A stretch of DNA of 64,000 bases from Octopus sinensis. Its lineage: Eukaryota. Under the pieces are notes generated by a model. The model saw nothing but the letters and a program-made list of their open reading frames with translations, searched no databases and was not told the DNA's origin. A program made the position numbers and the translations under genes. Location of the stretch: contig NC_043006.1 of NCBI RefSeq assembly GCF_006345805.1, positions 41,974,001-42,038,000 of the forward strand, written 5' to 3'. This document shows, in pieces, positions 25,760 through 39,516 of the stretch (within the stretch, counting starts at the first letter, position 1; each line of letters starts with the position of its first letter).

Positions 25760-26500
25760 ATCAGTAGTCGTGTTCTTTTCACGTACTTTCACTGCATTAT
25801 CGTACGCAGCTGTGACTGCTTTGGGTATGTCCAGTGGTTTGTTTGGGTCTTATTAGTTTCATTGTATTGAAAGTGCTTTTGTAGGACGTGTACAGTGCCT
25901 AGCAGTTCTATTTCCTCTATGTTACATAAATTTGTAAGTCGTGGTGTTTTGGTTATGTACTTGTCTGTATGGTTTTTAATCATACCTAATGCACTTATTA
26001 TCATGAGGATTGTTTCTGTTTACAGGCCCCACATTCGTTTTATCTCGATGTTTGTATAACAACAATTTCTTTGTTTCTTTTAGAGTTACATTTTCATTTG
26101 TTGTGACTGATATGCCGATTAGAAGGCATTTTCTTTCTCGACATCCCTAGTGATAATATCTGGCTTATTAGCCTTGATCTCTCTATCTGTGCTTATACCT
26201 CAGAGTACGGTTGCTTTGTCATTTTCTGAGACATACTGAAACGATTTTTTCAGTTGTCATTCCGTAGTGCCAGCACAGCTTCCATTGTGTATAAATCCCG
26301 ACTCTGTCATTTTTGTGGATATATCCCTTCATAGCAGGACTTGATAGCCAGAGATAAAATAATTCATTGCAATGTTGTTCCCGCTTCGTAATATAACTTA
26401 TTGTTTCTTCCCACTATCAACACCAACACCACCATATATAGTTCAGGTATTCATTGTATTTCTCTTCATTATGTGATTTTGGCGGTGTCTGATGGGGAAG
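25760..26500 (-). mobile_element. R4/Dong-like RLE LINE 3' fragment (second subfamily)
   Basis: NKPDII...KCLLIGISV...IISALGMIK...ELLGTVHVL; 3' end abuts (ATT/ATC)n. Confidence 0.75.
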
Positions 26501-26539
26501 CTTTGATCCTGTTCCACAATTATTATCATTATTATCATC

Positions 26540-26700
26540 ATCATTTGATGAAAACTCTCAGCTGGGTATGATGAAAGTGTCAGCTCTGCACAAACTAAGG
26601 TGACATTTGTTTAACGATCTCGCTTCAAGAACTGTACTGAGAACTCTTGTAGTTCCAAGCAATGATGATTTTTGTAGGTGTTCTATCTTGAAGCTGCATC
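26540..26700 (-). mobile_element. Short RLE LINE 3' end between ATC/ATT microsatellites
   Basis: GAAAGTGTCAGCT...AAGGTGACATTTG...CTTCAAGAAC matches 22203-22330. Confidence 0.7.
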
Positions 26701-26790
26701 ATCATCATTCATCATCATCATTCATCATCATTCATCATCATTCATCATCATCATCATCATCATTATTATTATTATTATTATTATTATTAA

Positions 26791-26831
<41 letters not shown>

Positions 26832-26869
26832 TATTATTATTATATTATTATTATTATTAGTATTATTGT

Positions 26870-27420
26870 GTGAGAGAGCAGTGCATGCCATCAAAGTGAC
26901 ACTGGAATAAAATATACCAAGCCCGGTATACTCCTCATGGTGACCCGTCTGATAAGGATACACTAGGCACATGAATCACAACCATATGTGCGCGACATAG
27001 TGATTTCATGTCAAGATAAACAGCACATGACCTTACAGGTGGGGCCCAGTTAGAATTTTCTTCAAGTCGAGTAGCCCATCTCAATCAAATGGTCCTTGGA
27101 TAAGCGTTGTTTAAGCATGTTGAACGAAACATCTATGTTTCCAAAGGTGAATTATTCAAACTCCAAAGAATTCCTTTCAACTCATGGCTATGATGCTTCC
27201 CCACTACTTCTACTCGTGATCAGAGATGCAGATATCTTCAGCCACAAAAGGACATGCTAACTGGTTATGGCCAAACAACTGACAGGCAAATCTGTGGTAT
27301 TGAGCAGAATATTTGCAGTAACCCATCTTTTATATCAACACAAAACAATGTACATGATAACACTTCCAATCAGTTAAGATCAGAAGCCATGAAAGCCAGT
27401 GCCTGGTACTGCATCGGGAC
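26870..27420 (-). mobile_element. ~480-bp retroposon family, copy 3
   Basis: Same blocks; (ATT)n on both sides. Confidence 0.8.
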
Positions 27421-27511
27421 ATTTATTATTATTATTATCATTATTATTAGTATTATTATGATTTGCCTCGCCGAGGTTGACTTTGCAGTATTATAATTAT
27501 TGTTGTTGATG

Positions 27512-27719
27512 AAGGCAGCGAGCTGGCAGAATCGTTAGCTCGCCGGACGAAATGCTTAGCGGTATTTAGCTCGTCGCTACGATCTGCGTTCAAATTCTTC
27601 CGAGGTCGACTCTGCCTTTCATCCTTTCGGGGTTGATAACTAAAGTACCTGTAAAACATGGGGGTCGATCTGATCGACTTAGCCCACAAATTTCAAGCTT
27701 TATGCCTTTAGTAGAAAGA

Positions 27720-27720
<1 letters not shown>
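27512..27720 (+). mobile_element. tRNA-derived SINE (GGCGAGCTGGCAGAA family) with (ATT)n tail
   Basis: A-box-like TGGCAGAATCG, B-box-like GTTCAAATTC, ends GTAGAAAG(A/G)ATTATTATT. Confidence 0.8.
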
Positions 27721-27756
<36 letters not shown>

Positions 27757-27780
27757 TATTATTATTATTATTATTATTAT

Positions 27781-28246
27781 TGAGTGAGAGAGCAGTTCAT
27801 GCCATCAAAGTGACACTGGGGTAAAATATACGAAGCCCAATATACCCATCATGACTACCCGTCTGATAAAGGTACACCAGGCACATGCATCACAACCATA
27901 TGTGCGCGACATGGTGATCTCATATCAAGATAAACAGCACATGACCTTGCAGGTGGGGCCCAGTTAGAATTTTCTTCAGGTTGAGTAGCCCATCCCGCTC
28001 AAACGGTCTCTGAATAAGGGTTGTTTAAGGATGTTGAAAGAACCACCCATGTTTCCAGAGGTGAACTATTCAAACCCCAAAGAATCCCTCTCAACACATG
28101 GCTATGATGCTCCCTCACTACTTCTGCTCGTGATCAGAGATGCACATATCGTCAGCCACTAAGGGACATGCTCAACTGGTTAAGGTCAAACAACTGACAA
28201 GCAAATCTGTGGTATTGAGCAGAATATTTGCTGTAGCCCATCTTTT
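27781..28246 (-). mobile_element. ~480-bp retroposon family, copy 4
   Basis: Same blocks; lies directly against the (ATT)n tail of the preceding SINE. Confidence 0.8.
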
Positions 28247-28280
28247 ATTATCATTATTATTATATTATTATTATTATTAT

Positions 28281-28572
28281 AGTGGTTAGGGCAGCGGACT
28301 CGCGGTCGTAGGATCGCTGTTTCGATTCCCAGACCGGGCATTGTGAGTGTTTATTGAGCGAAAACACCTAAAGTTCCACGATGCTCCGGTAGGGGTTGGT
28401 GGTGGCGATCCCTGCTGTACTCTTTCGCCACAACTTTCTCTCACTCTTTCTTCTGTTGGCCTGCTCGCTTAGCCAGCGGGGTGGCGTCACTTGAAGGCTA
28501 AAACAATGCGAAGCGCATTGTGATCAATGATGTGTGGCAACATCTGATAGCCTAGTCGGTCACGGTGATCAC
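28281..28572 (+). mobile_element. tRNA-derived SINE (OR-like family), 5' end clipped
   Basis: AGTGGTTAGGGCAGCGGACTCGCGG...GTTTCGATTCCCAGACCGGGC; matches 60226-60526. Confidence 0.85.
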
Positions 28573-29495
28573 GTGATTATTATTATTATTATCATAAGAA
28601 AATTCAAAGCTTATTTCTTGGGTATGTGGAAAGCGTCAGCTGTCCACACAGCCAGCACACTGAGGTGACACTTGTTTACTAGTCATGCTTCAATAGTAGT
28701 AGTAGTAGTAGTAGTTATTTTCATTTTTTTTTGTAATTCTTTGTGTAACTGTATTATTCTCATATTGTATGTATTCCTTTACAATGGGTGGAAAGTAATA
28801 AAAAAATCGTTGTTGGTTTACTACTGAGTCCTTTTGGAAAGTTACTTCCGTCCTATTTTGTTGTAAGAATGAAGCTATTGATATATGCCCTTTACGTTTT
28901 TGCCATTATTATTTATTTATCCATTTATGTGTTATTAGAACTAGATATTTGCTATTTGCATTTTCTAAAGGGAGGATCGAATAAAGATTTCCAATGGAAT
29001 ACCCTGCGAGCAATATCTGATCTCGCATCTCATTTGCGTGAACAATAATTCAATGGTGGACAGAAGTCGGAACTCGAATTCGTTATGACTCTCATACTTG
29101 CACACACACGTGCGTGCGGTAAGACACAGATGAACAAGCAATTCAGAGAGAGAGAAAGAGTGAGGGTGGGAAGGAGACAGAGAGAAAGAGAGAGGGAGAG
29201 AAAGTGGAAGAGAGACAGATATGGACAGAGGGAAATTGTTGACAGACGCACATACATATTGATGTGCAAACAGAGCTGTCTGATATTCGCATACATGTGA
29301 TGTGTTTGACTACGTGAGTGTGTGTGCGCGAGTGTGAGTGTGTGAATGAGTGAGTGAGTGAATGTGTGTGTGTGTGCGTGTGTGTGTGTGCGTGTGTGTG
29401 TGTAACATATATGTTATATATGTAAGCATATATAACTTGTATATATATATGTATGTGTATATGTATGTATGTATACGTATGTATGCACGCATCAG

Positions 29496-29528
<33 letters not shown>

Positions 29529-29553
29529 ATACACGTAGTCATATATGTGTTTG

Positions 29554-29604
<51 letters not shown>

Positions 29605-29677
29605 GTAGTCATATATGTGTTTGTATATGTATATATATATATATATATATATACACACGTAGTCATATATGTGTTTG

Positions 29678-29729
<52 letters not shown>

Positions 29730-30337
29730 ATATATATACACACATGTTTCCATAGTCATAACCATATATATATATATATATGGTTATGACAAGACTAAAC
29801 AAAACGACGAAATAATTAGAGGCTTCTTAAATCATACGTTTCTGCTACCCGGGCGGTATTAAATGATGATAATTTTCTCTGATAGACTATGGAAACATTA
29901 GTGCTTTTCATATTTTACCTCTGCTTTCTCTATCGAATCCATTTAAATCGAATGCCACTTCGACAACGATTTCTTTATACCATATTTCTGAAAAGGAATA
30001 AAAATAATTCTCTACTTGAACGACTTTGAGCATGCAGCGGGTGTCTTTGCACCTTGTGTTTTTGTGTGCGTATAAATGCTTGGGACAAGCAGTTAATGTA
30101 GAAGTTTAAAGATACAAGAACATAAGATAAAAAAATTTTCATTTACTAATTGGTCAATTAATCAATGTTACACACAACAGAAACGTAACTATCATCGAAT
30201 TAGCGACTAATTGTCACGTAGCCAAGTAACCTAGCTGCCATTTATAGTTGAGTACCATTTGGGGGGGGGTGAAGGAGGGGGAGGGGGGCTGCTGACTGAT
30301 TGAGCTCCTAACCATTTCAGTTGATTCTCATTCATCA

Positions 30338-30565
30338 CTCTTTTACTCTTTTAATTGCTTCAGTCATTTGACTGCGGCCATGCTGGAGCACCGCTTTCAG
30401 TCGAGGAAATCGACTCCAGGACTTATTTTTTGTAAGCCTAGAACTTATTTTATCGGTCGCTTTTGCCGAACCGCTAAGTTACGGAGACGTAAACACACCA
30501 GCATCGGTTGTCAAGTGATGGGGGGGGGTGAACAAACACAGACACACAAACATATACACACACAT

Positions 30566-30602
<37 letters not shown>

Positions 30603-30765
30603 ACGGGCTTCTTTCAGTTTCCGTCTACCAAATCCACTCACAAGTCTTTGGTCGGCTCGAGGCTATAGTAGAAGACACTTGCCCAAGGTGCTACGCAGTG
30701 GGACTGAACCCGGAACCATGTAGTTGGCAAGCAAGCTACTTACTACACAGCCACTCTTGCGCCTA
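30338..30765 (-). mobile_element. OK-like SINE, near full length
   Basis: Reverse complement of the 31431-31911 family. Confidence 0.85.
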
Positions 30766-31430
30766 CATTGTTGAATATTATAATCATTTAGCATGATATG
30801 CCTGAGTACTATTGATAAACTTTGGATATAACTGATATAATTACCATTTCGATTGCTCACTGTATCGGCTATTTTTAGATTAAACAGAGCTTAAATAGCA
30901 TCACATATAGGCGCAGTCATTAATGTCTGTTAAGAAGCTTGCTTTTACCACTTCGTGCTTTTGGGTTCCCGTTGCATGCTTGCTTGGTTAAGTCCTTTCT
31001 ACTGTAGCCTCGAATCAATGCTTTGTGAGATAATTTGCTAGACGGAAGTTGTGTGGAAGCCTGTCGTGCATATGTTTGTGCACGGGTGTGCATACAAAAG
31101 TCTTTGTGCCTATGTTTCTGCCCCACATTTTCCATACCACTCCACAGCAGATATTGGCTTGTTTAGACATCAGTCACTAAGCGGTTCGGCGAAACAGACC
31201 GAAAGAATAAGTGCTACTTTTAAAAATAAATACTTGAATCGATTTGTTCGACCCATTATGTCTGCAGTTCAATGATTGTAACAAGTAAAATGCAGAAAAT
31301 ACATACTCTACAATTTCCTCCAACGATGTCCCAGCTCGTACCGCATTAAATTCTACATTGTTGCATGTCATGAACGCAATTTCTCATCGCAATAAGTATT
31401 GTTTTAAAATAAATAACCAGCACACTCCTA

Positions 31431-31911
31431 TAGGTGTAGGAATGCCTGTGTGGTCAGTAGCTTGCTTACGAACCACATGGTTCCGGGTTCAGTCACTGGG
31501 CACCTTGGGCAAGTGTCTTCTACTATAGCCTCGGGCCGACCAAAGCCTTGGGAGTGGATTTGGTAGACGGAAACTGAAAGAAGCCCGTCGTATATATGTA
31601 TATATATATATATATGTGTGTGTATGTGTGAGTGTGTGTGTGTGTATGTGTGTGTATGTATGTATGTATGTATGTATGTATGTATGTATGTATGTATGCA
31701 TGTGTGTACGCATGTATGTATGTGTGTGTATAAGTTTGTGTGTCTGTGCTTGTCTCCTCAACATCACTTGACAACCGATGCTGGTGTGTTTACGTCCCTG
31801 TAACTTATCGGTTCGGTAAAAGAAACCGATAGAATAAGTACTAGGCTTACAAAAGGCGGTGCTCCAGCATGGCTACAATCAAATGACTGAAACAAGTAAA
31901 AGAGTAAAAGA
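31431..31911 (+). mobile_element. OK-like SINE, near full length
   Basis: Head GGTTCCGGGTTCAGTCACTG, internal (TG/TATG)n, tail CAAGTAAAAGAGTAAAAGAG. Confidence 0.85.
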
Positions 31912-32589
31912 GCACAGATTGCTGAAAGAATTACTTTTTCGTACTCACTTTGTACATCTATGCGGTGTAAAACAAAATCCCTGGAGTTTCTATTCAGTGA
32001 AATACCTGGAGTACTTACACCAGTGGGCTTTCAATATTTTTTTTTTCGAAAACCGCTATGAGAGTATAGATAGCCAGGAGATTTGGATGTGCGCTGCATT
32101 AGAAATACACTGGCTTTCTACCCTATCAGGATCTATGCTACTGTATGTGTGTGTGCGTGTGCGTGTGTGTGTGATGTCCTCTGGTTATGACTGTAAAATA
32201 CAAGTGGGTAACCATCTCTGCACAACACAAAGAGGGGACAGAAATTTTAGTTTGAAATTAAGGAATACGCGGAAGAAGATACATAGTGTTCACATACCAA
32301 GTTCTAACAATTTCTAGTCGATAGATATAGTTATGTGTAGACATTGTCATTCTTTTTAGAAATCTTCAGTATGGTTTAAACTGTACCTAATTAATTAGAT
32401 ACAATGTGAAGATAAACATTTATTATAAAATTACAGATGAAATTAATTACAGTATGAAGGGAATTTGCGGTAATTTTTCATTGTTTTTCTTCATACAACA
32501 TTGGTAGTTCAGGAATAGAGAGAAAAGAGAGGCCGCATATAGTTATGTATATGTGCAAGACTGTGTATGCATGTCTATGAATGTGTTTA

Positions 32590-33105
32590 TCTATTATATA
32601 AAATCCGTTCTGTTTGTGTGTGTGTCTTCTAGGATCTCGGGCATTCTCCATCCGATTGCACTCACATTTGATATGTAGATACCGACGGTATCAGGGCGTG
32701 TATAAGTCTTGAAAAAATTACAAAAATCGATTCCAGGTGAGAATGCAATCGATAAAGCCATTTTTGTCCTGCTTTTCTTCCATCAACCTGTACATAACTG
32801 CACCTTCCATATTTTTCTTGTTTTTGTACTGCTTAAAGGTACGTTTCTTTCGTGCCAAGCTTACTGTTTAAACCATGTTTGTGTTCTCCCAGTCAACGGA
32901 TTTATCATCACTGGTACTTGAAACTCTTCGGTTTGTGTGAATAAAATCGTTTTTCTTTGGAATAGAAAAAAAAGTCTATCTTTATTTCTTCATTTGCTGG
33001 TGTCTCAAATTTAGGTTAAATCAATGTTTCTCAAAGGCGAGGTCTATTTGGTTTAAATGTTTGACAAGTCAGCACCATCCATTGGACGGGCGGGCGTTTT
33101 GCTCG
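32590..33105 (+). mobile_element. Probable non-autonomous Helitron
   Basis: A|TCTATTATATAAAATCCG...TGTGTGTGTC 5' end; GC-rich terminus ACGGGCGGGCG...GCTCG|T (CTAG-like, one mismatch). Confidence 0.4.
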
Positions 33106-33138
33106 TATACATATATATATATAATACATACATATATA

Positions 33139-33183
<45 letters not shown>

Positions 33184-33535
33184 TTATATATAATATATAT
33201 TATATATATATATAACATATTCCATATAGTGCTTCCATTGTGTCAACAAAATTCCAATTTGTTTTCTCTAAGCTCGGAGGCTTGTTTTTAGAAAGGAAAG
33301 CTACTGTCGCTAGCTTCAATATAAGCAGCAGCGTGAGAATGTTTAGCTGTTTAATCAAAACACCGCCATTGAATTATCAAAGATATTGAAATTATCCAGG
33401 CTGCATCGGAAACAATAGCCATTATGGTTTATGATGCAGCAAGCTGAAAACTAAACGATTAACACGTAATAAAACCTAGAATCGTCAAATATATATAATG
33501 CGAAATATGCTTCTTGGTTATGTGTGCATGCACAT

Positions 33536-33585
<50 letters not shown>

Positions 33586-33960
33586 CATATATATATCTAC
33601 GGGTTATCTCTTAATAATTTCTTGGCTATATACCGACTTCAAGAAACTAAATGGGCGTATAATAGAGGAAATCTGGTATTTAATATAATGTATTTTATGA
33701 TTGATTAACGAATTTTAGAACTAGTGTCCAACATATTGGCGAATTTGATATCAAAAAGATGCCGGAATCTTTTATTAATATCTTTCTATTTTTACGCTAC
33801 CTCTGTTTTCATTGTCTAACACTGCCTTTTGCATTCCCTCTGATAATTATCCCATTATGGTAAAGAGTATTCATTTTATTATGGAAATAAGTGATTCTTA
33901 GAAAAATAGGGGAATGCTTACCGCCACAATTCGACAACTATACGTACACACACACACACT

Positions 33961-34033
<73 letters not shown>

Positions 34034-34175
34034 CATATATATATGTATATGTATATGTATATATATGTTATATATATATGTATATGTATATATATATTAT
34101 ATGTATATATATATATGTATATGTATATATATATATATTATATATTACATATATATGTATATATATACATATATA

Positions 34176-34257
<82 letters not shown>

Positions 34258-34854
34258 GTATACATATATGTATATGTATATATATATATATGTATATATA
34301 TATATAATCTTTTGTGGTGAATGGCGATTTGACGTCTATATCTAGCATGTTGACTGTCCACTTTTCGTGTTCAGTCCTTAATTGGTATATATATATATAT
34401 ATATATATATATGATTCACACCGCATACATGAGATAGGAAACACACAACTATAATGAATGTGTGCGAGTGAGCATGTATAACTCTGTGCGTGTGTGTTTG
34501 TGCGTGTGTTGTGTGTGTGTGTGTGTGTGTGTGCATGGAAAGAGTAAACGAACAGCAAATATGCGTAGGAAACTATTTATATATGTGCTAATGGAAAGAT
34601 ATACATGAATATATAATATGTGTGTGTGTGTGTGTGTTATATATATGATATATATATATGTATATATATATAATGTATATATGTAAATATTGTATGTATT
34701 ATATATATATAATATAATATATATATATATAATATATATATATATATGTGTAATATATTGATAATCAAACAAGTAAGCACAAAAAAACACAACAACGAGG
34801 ACGTGGAACAAATATAGTATTATTGGATGCTCAGAAAAGAAGGAAAGAAGGAGG

Positions 34855-34889
34855 GTTTAACGTTTCGAGCGGAGCTATTCGTCGGAAAC
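34855..34889 (-). ncRNA. Mutated minimal hammerhead ribozyme
   Basis: GTTT CCGACGA A TAGC TCC GCTC GAAA C GTT AAAC: core U4 changed to C and helix II G10.1 changed to T; same family as 59879-59913. Confidence 0.6.
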
Positions 34890-35458
34890 ATAGGAGAAGG
34901 AAAGATCCAGAGAAGGGAAGTTGGGGAAAGAAATCGCCAACGGTACACACGAGGTCATGTATATATAATATATAGATATATATATATATAACATATATAA
35001 TATATATGAATTATATATATATAATATATATATATATATATTGTATGTATATTAATATATATATATATATAACATATAGTATATATACATAATATATATA
35101 CTTTATATATGTAATATATGTATAACATATATAGTATATATATATATAATATATATACTATATATATGTAATATATGTAGAACATATATATATAACATAT
35201 ATAGTATATATATATATACTATATATATGTAATATATATATATATATATATAATATATATATATATTATATATGTAATCCACATATATATTATATCTATG
35301 TAATATACATATATGTAATAAGTATATATGTAATATATATGTAGTATATATAAGTGTGTGTGTGTGTATAAAGTATAAAACGTTCAAATATGCATACATA
35401 TTTATATTTATTTATATAGATAATTAGGTAGATAGATAGGATGATAGATAGATAGATG

Positions 35459-35527
<69 letters not shown>

Positions 35528-35999
35528 ATCGACAAACAGACAGACAGACAGATATAAGCACGTATACATCACAACAATGTACAACTATGAATTTTCTTAA
35601 AAGTAGACTAAATTAGTCTTAATTGGGCCTGTTTCTCGATTAACAGATTGTATCGTAAAGCAGCTTTTAAGAACATCAACCTTAGCAACGGCAATAATGG
35701 CTTCTCTAATGACCGCAAAAACTGCAATTACAGTAGCAACAGTAACAGCAGCAGATGCAGTGGTAATTACAGTGACCACATCAAAGGAATACAACAAAAT
35801 AGTATTCTTCGATTTCAGATGATATTAAAACTCTTTCATGTTATAGACTGGAATCTACAAGTGAATAGCGTACAGTTGCATTGTTTTTCATCATCGCAAG
35901 TTGTATAATGATAAATAATGGTCCATTACCACCACGAGTACGCATCCAACTGTCTATCTATCCATCCATCCACCCAGCTTTCCATATATCTATCTATAC

Positions 36000-36058
<59 letters not shown>

Positions 36059-36242
36059 CGTAATAAATAAAATATATGCATACATACAAACATATATGTA
36101 CGTACCGACATCTACATGTATATATACATGCATATAAATATATATATACGTACAGGACACCACAAAAGGACGTAAAGCTCAACAGAACAGAAACGAAAAC
36201 GGAAAAGCCATTTTGTTACAACAGAAAGACAGATATATATAT

Positions 36243-36296
<54 letters not shown>

Positions 36297-36344
36297 AACA
36301 TATATATATATACACATATATATATATATATACATATATATAAT

Positions 36345-36376
<32 letters not shown>

Positions 36377-36688
36377 GTATATATATAATATATATATATA
36401 TACATACATATATACATATACGTATATATATACAGTCATATATATATATGCATACATATACAAACACAAATACATATATTGTACACACATATACGTACAT
36501 ATATACACTTATATATAAATATGCATATATATACACATATATATATACATATATATACATATATACATATATATATATGTGTAATATATTGATAATCCAA
36601 ACAAGTAAGCACAAAAAAACACAACAACGCGAGGACGTGGAACAAATATAGTATTATTGGATGCTCAGAAAAGAAGGAAAGAAGGAGG

Positions 36689-36723
36689 GTTTAACGTTTC
36701 GAGCGGAGCTATTCGTCGGAAAC
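36689..36723 (-). ncRNA. Mutated minimal hammerhead ribozyme (duplicate copy)
   Basis: Identical to 34855-34889. Confidence 0.6.
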
Positions 36724-37064
36724 ATAGGAGAAGGAAAGATCCAGAGAAGGGAAGTTGGGGAAAGAAATCGCCAACGGTACACACGAGGTCATGTATATAT
36801 AATATATAGATATATATATATAACATATATAATATATATGAATTATATATATATAATATATATATATATATATTGTATGTATATATAAATTATATATATA
36901 TATAACATATAGTATATATACATAATATATATACTTTATATATGTATATATATATATACATATATATTATATATATATATATATATATACTATATATATG
37001 TAATATATGTAGAACATATATATATAACATATATAGTATATATATATACTATATATATGTATAT

Positions 37065-37106
<42 letters not shown>

Positions 37107-37292
37107 ATATGTAATCCACATATATATTATATCTATGTAATATACATATATGTAATAAGTATATATGTAATATATATGTAGTATATATAAGTGTGTGTGT
37201 GTGTATAAAGTATAAAACGTTCAAATATGCATACATATTTTATTTATTTATAGATAATTAGGTAGATAGATAGGATGATAGATAGATAGATG

Positions 37293-37361
<69 letters not shown>

Positions 37362-37848
37362 ATCGACAAACAGACAGACAGACAGATATAAGCACGTATA
37401 CATCACAACAATGTACAACTATGAATTTTCTTAAAAGTAGACTAAATTAGTCTTAATTGGCCTGTTTCTCGATTAACAGATTGTATCGTAAAGCAGCTTT
37501 TAAGAACATCAACCTTAGCAACGGCAATAATGGCTTCTCTAATGACCGCAAAAACTGCAATTACAGTAGCAACAGTAACAGCAGCAGATGCAGTGGTAAT
37601 TACAGTGACCACATCAAAGGAATACAACAAAATAGTATTCTTCGATTTCAGATGATATTAAAACTCTTTCATGTTATAGACTGGAATCTACAAGTGAATA
37701 GCGTACAGTTGCATTGTTTTTCATCATCGCAAGTTGTATAATGATAAATAATGGTCCATTACCACCACGAGTACGCATCCAACTGTCTATCTATCCATCC
37801 ATCCACCCAGCTTTCCATATATCTATCTATACTATATATATATATACA

Positions 37849-37892
<44 letters not shown>

Positions 37893-38069
37893 CGTAATAA
37901 ATAAAATATATGCATACATACAAACATATATGTACGTACCGACATCTACATGTATATATACATGCATATAAATATATATATACGTACAGGACACCACAAA
38001 AGGACGTAAAGCTCAACAGAAACGAAAACGGAAAAGCCATTTTGTTACAACAGAAAGACAGATATATAT

Positions 38070-38121
<52 letters not shown>

Positions 38122-38174
38122 ATAACATATATATATATACACATATATATATATATATATATCTATATATATAT

Positions 38175-38228
<54 letters not shown>

Positions 38229-39296
38229 CATATATACATATACGTATATATATACAGTCATATATATATATGCATACATATACAAACACAAATACATATA
38301 TTTGTACACACATATACGTACATATATACACTTATATATAAATATGCATATATATACACATATATATATACATATATATACATATATACATATATATATA
38401 TGTGTGTGTGTATACATATATATATATACATACATATATATATACATACATATATCTATATATAGATATGTCTATGCGTGTGCGTGTTTGTATGCGTGTG
38501 CATATATACATATATGTATGTATGTATATTAAGAGAGAAGGAAGAGAGGAGAGCACAACAGCGGTGCGGAACATAGGAGGAATAGCAGTTGAGAATTATG
38601 TGTGAGTGCATAAGTACTAATATGTTGGGTGAGATTATACGAGTTTGTGTATTTGTGTTTATATTAGCGGACCTTCCACTGTATTTATTGGGATATACCC
38701 ATGCAAGGAAAATAATACATATAATCCCTCCATCACCGAAGCCGTGTGTAAACCCATTTACAGTTTTGTCAACCCATTTACCCTGAGAATGTTTCTGTTG
38801 ACCCGAGGCTCTGGGAAACGATGTTCGGCTGGGAATTAACGCCGTGAGATCGCTTCCAGATTGCTGTGGGATCCCTGTGAGATCGAAACCAGAATCGTGA
38901 AGTTCAACCTCTCTACATTAACACACAAACATACGCACACACACTCACAGACAGACACATGCACACACGCATTTTGCACACGACAAATGAATCAGAAGAA
39001 TGTTTTTGCATTCTTATCACGACCACTGTTAGGCCCGCTTGTTATTAAACTACGAAACGTAAATCATAAGAGCTTTGATCTTTGCTGTTGTGCATTATAT
39101 GTACATACACACACACGCACATACACATACACACATGCACACACACACACACATGTAATGTTGAAAAGGAACACACGAGTCGATATGTATAAGGAAAATA
39201 AGACAAGGAAGAAAATGCTAAAATAATTTTATCATGAAGAACATTACACTTGTAATTTGGACTTATTTACCAGCATGTTGGTCAACCCTCACTTAA

Positions 39297-39516
39297 CCCT
39301 TTAGCATTTAAACCGGCCATATCCGGCTAAAATATTCTACATGTTTTATGTTCAAATTGGCCAAATCCAGTTTCTAACAGCTCTCATACACTGTCATACT
39401 AAAAGCAAACAATCGCTTCATTGAAATCTCAAAGTTACAAGACAATGCATGATTAATTCAAAAGAATGTGAAGAAATAAATATTATATTTAACAGAATAA
39501 TCTGAATGCTAAAGGG
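39297..39516. mobile_element. piggyBac-type MITE, 220 bp
   Basis: TIRs CCCTTTAGCATT/AATGCTAAAGGG, TTAA on both flanks. Confidence 0.85.

Larger units (their letters stand above)
34745..38400. repeat. Tandem duplication of a ~1.83-kb unit (approx. 34745-36575 and 36576-38400)
   Basis: Landmarks offset by ~1832-1834 bp (e.g. GACAGATATAAGCACG 35548/37381; CAGGACACCACAAAAGG ~36153/37987); the unique blocks differ mainly by small indels. Confidence 0.9.

Noticed and set aside
30260-30289. G-rich tract with G-quadruplex potential
   Set aside because: Isolated low-complexity run with no supporting context.
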